From NCBI RefSeq assembly GCF_006345805.1, contig NC_043011.1, positions 2,666,001 through 2,730,000 on the forward strand: DNA of 64,000 bases. The letters are read 5' to 3'. The position numbers were made by a program, and so were the translations under genes. This DNA is from Octopus sinensis (taxonomy: Eukaryota). This document shows positions 62,996 through 64,000 of this stretch, piece after piece. The notes under the pieces were generated by a model, which worked only from the letters and a program-made list of their open reading frames with translations, ran no database searches and was not told where the DNA came from. Within the stretch, counting starts at the first letter, position 1, and every line of letters begins with the position of its first letter.

Positions 62996-63321
62996 TAACT
63001 CCGTGTTATACCTATAGAATCCATCTGACAGCATAGAGAGGACACATAATCCAAAATTTTCGCAATGCAACCACAGATTAAGGGAGGAAAATAGAAAGCA
63101 TAGTAATTTTTCTCTTTAAGAAAATAAATAATCAAGTTGAAAATGTGACCTTGAAATGCCCCTCCCTTCCATTGCCGAGTCGAGTGAGTAGAGATTTTCA
63201 ACTCCATTTTTTTTCTTTTCTTAAAGGGGAAAATTATTTTATTTAAAATAAAATATTAATCATTCTCATCTTGATCAAAAGACAGAAAAACAGAGAGACA
63301 AATTTTGAGTTTTCATTTTAT

Positions 63322-63333
63322 ATAGATAGATAG

Positions 63334-63410
<77 letters not shown>
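63322..63410. repeat. (GATA)n microsatellite
   Basis: Directly visible. Confidence 0.95.
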
Positions 63411-63411
<1 letters not shown>

Positions 63412-64000
63412 CTTTCTTTTATTAGCCACACAGGGCTGAATACAGAGGGGACAAATACAAATGCAGAGCTTTTCTTTTCGAGGGTGTAAAAAAAAGAAAA
63501 TAAATGTAAGATTGCGATCAAAAGGGATCGAGAGGAGGAAAAAAAAGAAAAGAAATCGTGTATCACAGAAATAATGATAAAAACATTGATATAACAAGAT
63601 TGGGTTCATCCGTGGGAAGAAAAGCCTACAGAAAAGACCACGGGAACCTCAGTCAGGGAGGAAATAACCACATGAGATCAAAATGCTCTCTTTCTTTCTT
63701 TTTTACGATCTACAGGATCATGCTCAAAATGGTTTCGTCACTAGCACGCACCATCTTTGCAACATTCACCCATCTTTTTTTTGAATCTTTCGCGAGACAA
63801 AACTTCCCTCTCCATTCTCACCTTCCTTTTCAAGTGGTACTTGAAAAAGTTGATGAGCGATTGGCTAGAGAGGTAAGTGTTTGTCTCTAATCCTTTCGCT
63901 CGGGTCCACCACACACATTCTTTCATCATGGCCACCAGTACGATGAAAACTGCCTTGCCTTCCCGGTTGAGGGAAGGGGGCGGAGCAATTCTCACGATAG
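63411..64000 (-). mobile_element. Tx1/L1-like LINE 3' end (ORF2 C-terminus plus 3' UTR), running off the window
   Basis: FIVLVAMMKECVWWTR...LINFFKYHLKRKVRMER...F; a frameshift in an A-run restores KRW. T-rich UTR, then AATAAAAG abutting (TATC)n. Clade assignment is by resemblance only. Confidence 0.65.

Overview
AT-rich, microsatellite-dense eukaryotic non-coding DNA. The SINE and repeat content suggests a coleoid cephalopod, probably Octopus (inference, no database search run). There is no intact protein-coding gene. Most ORFs in the track are microsatellite or SINE translations, and only one or two isolated minus-strand exon candidates were found. The window is a mosaic of tRNA-derived SINEs (at least 4 families, more than 25 copies), decayed Penelope-like elements (PLEs), RTE and Tx1/L1-like LINE 3' ends, Tc1/mariner relics, small Helitrons and piggyBac-type MITEs. 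The most notable layer is a set of short non-coding insertions, mostly inside (TA)n tracts, that carry minimal type I hammerhead ribozymes (HHRs) with palindromic helix III. Three of these look intact, three have variant cores and several are decayed. They repeatedly occur as head-to-head fold-back duplications. One family joins a tRNA-derived Pol III head to the hammerhead. Two loci have inverted arms that cross a monomer junction, which suggests multimeric or circular templates. Repeat boundaries were read by eye and are approximate.
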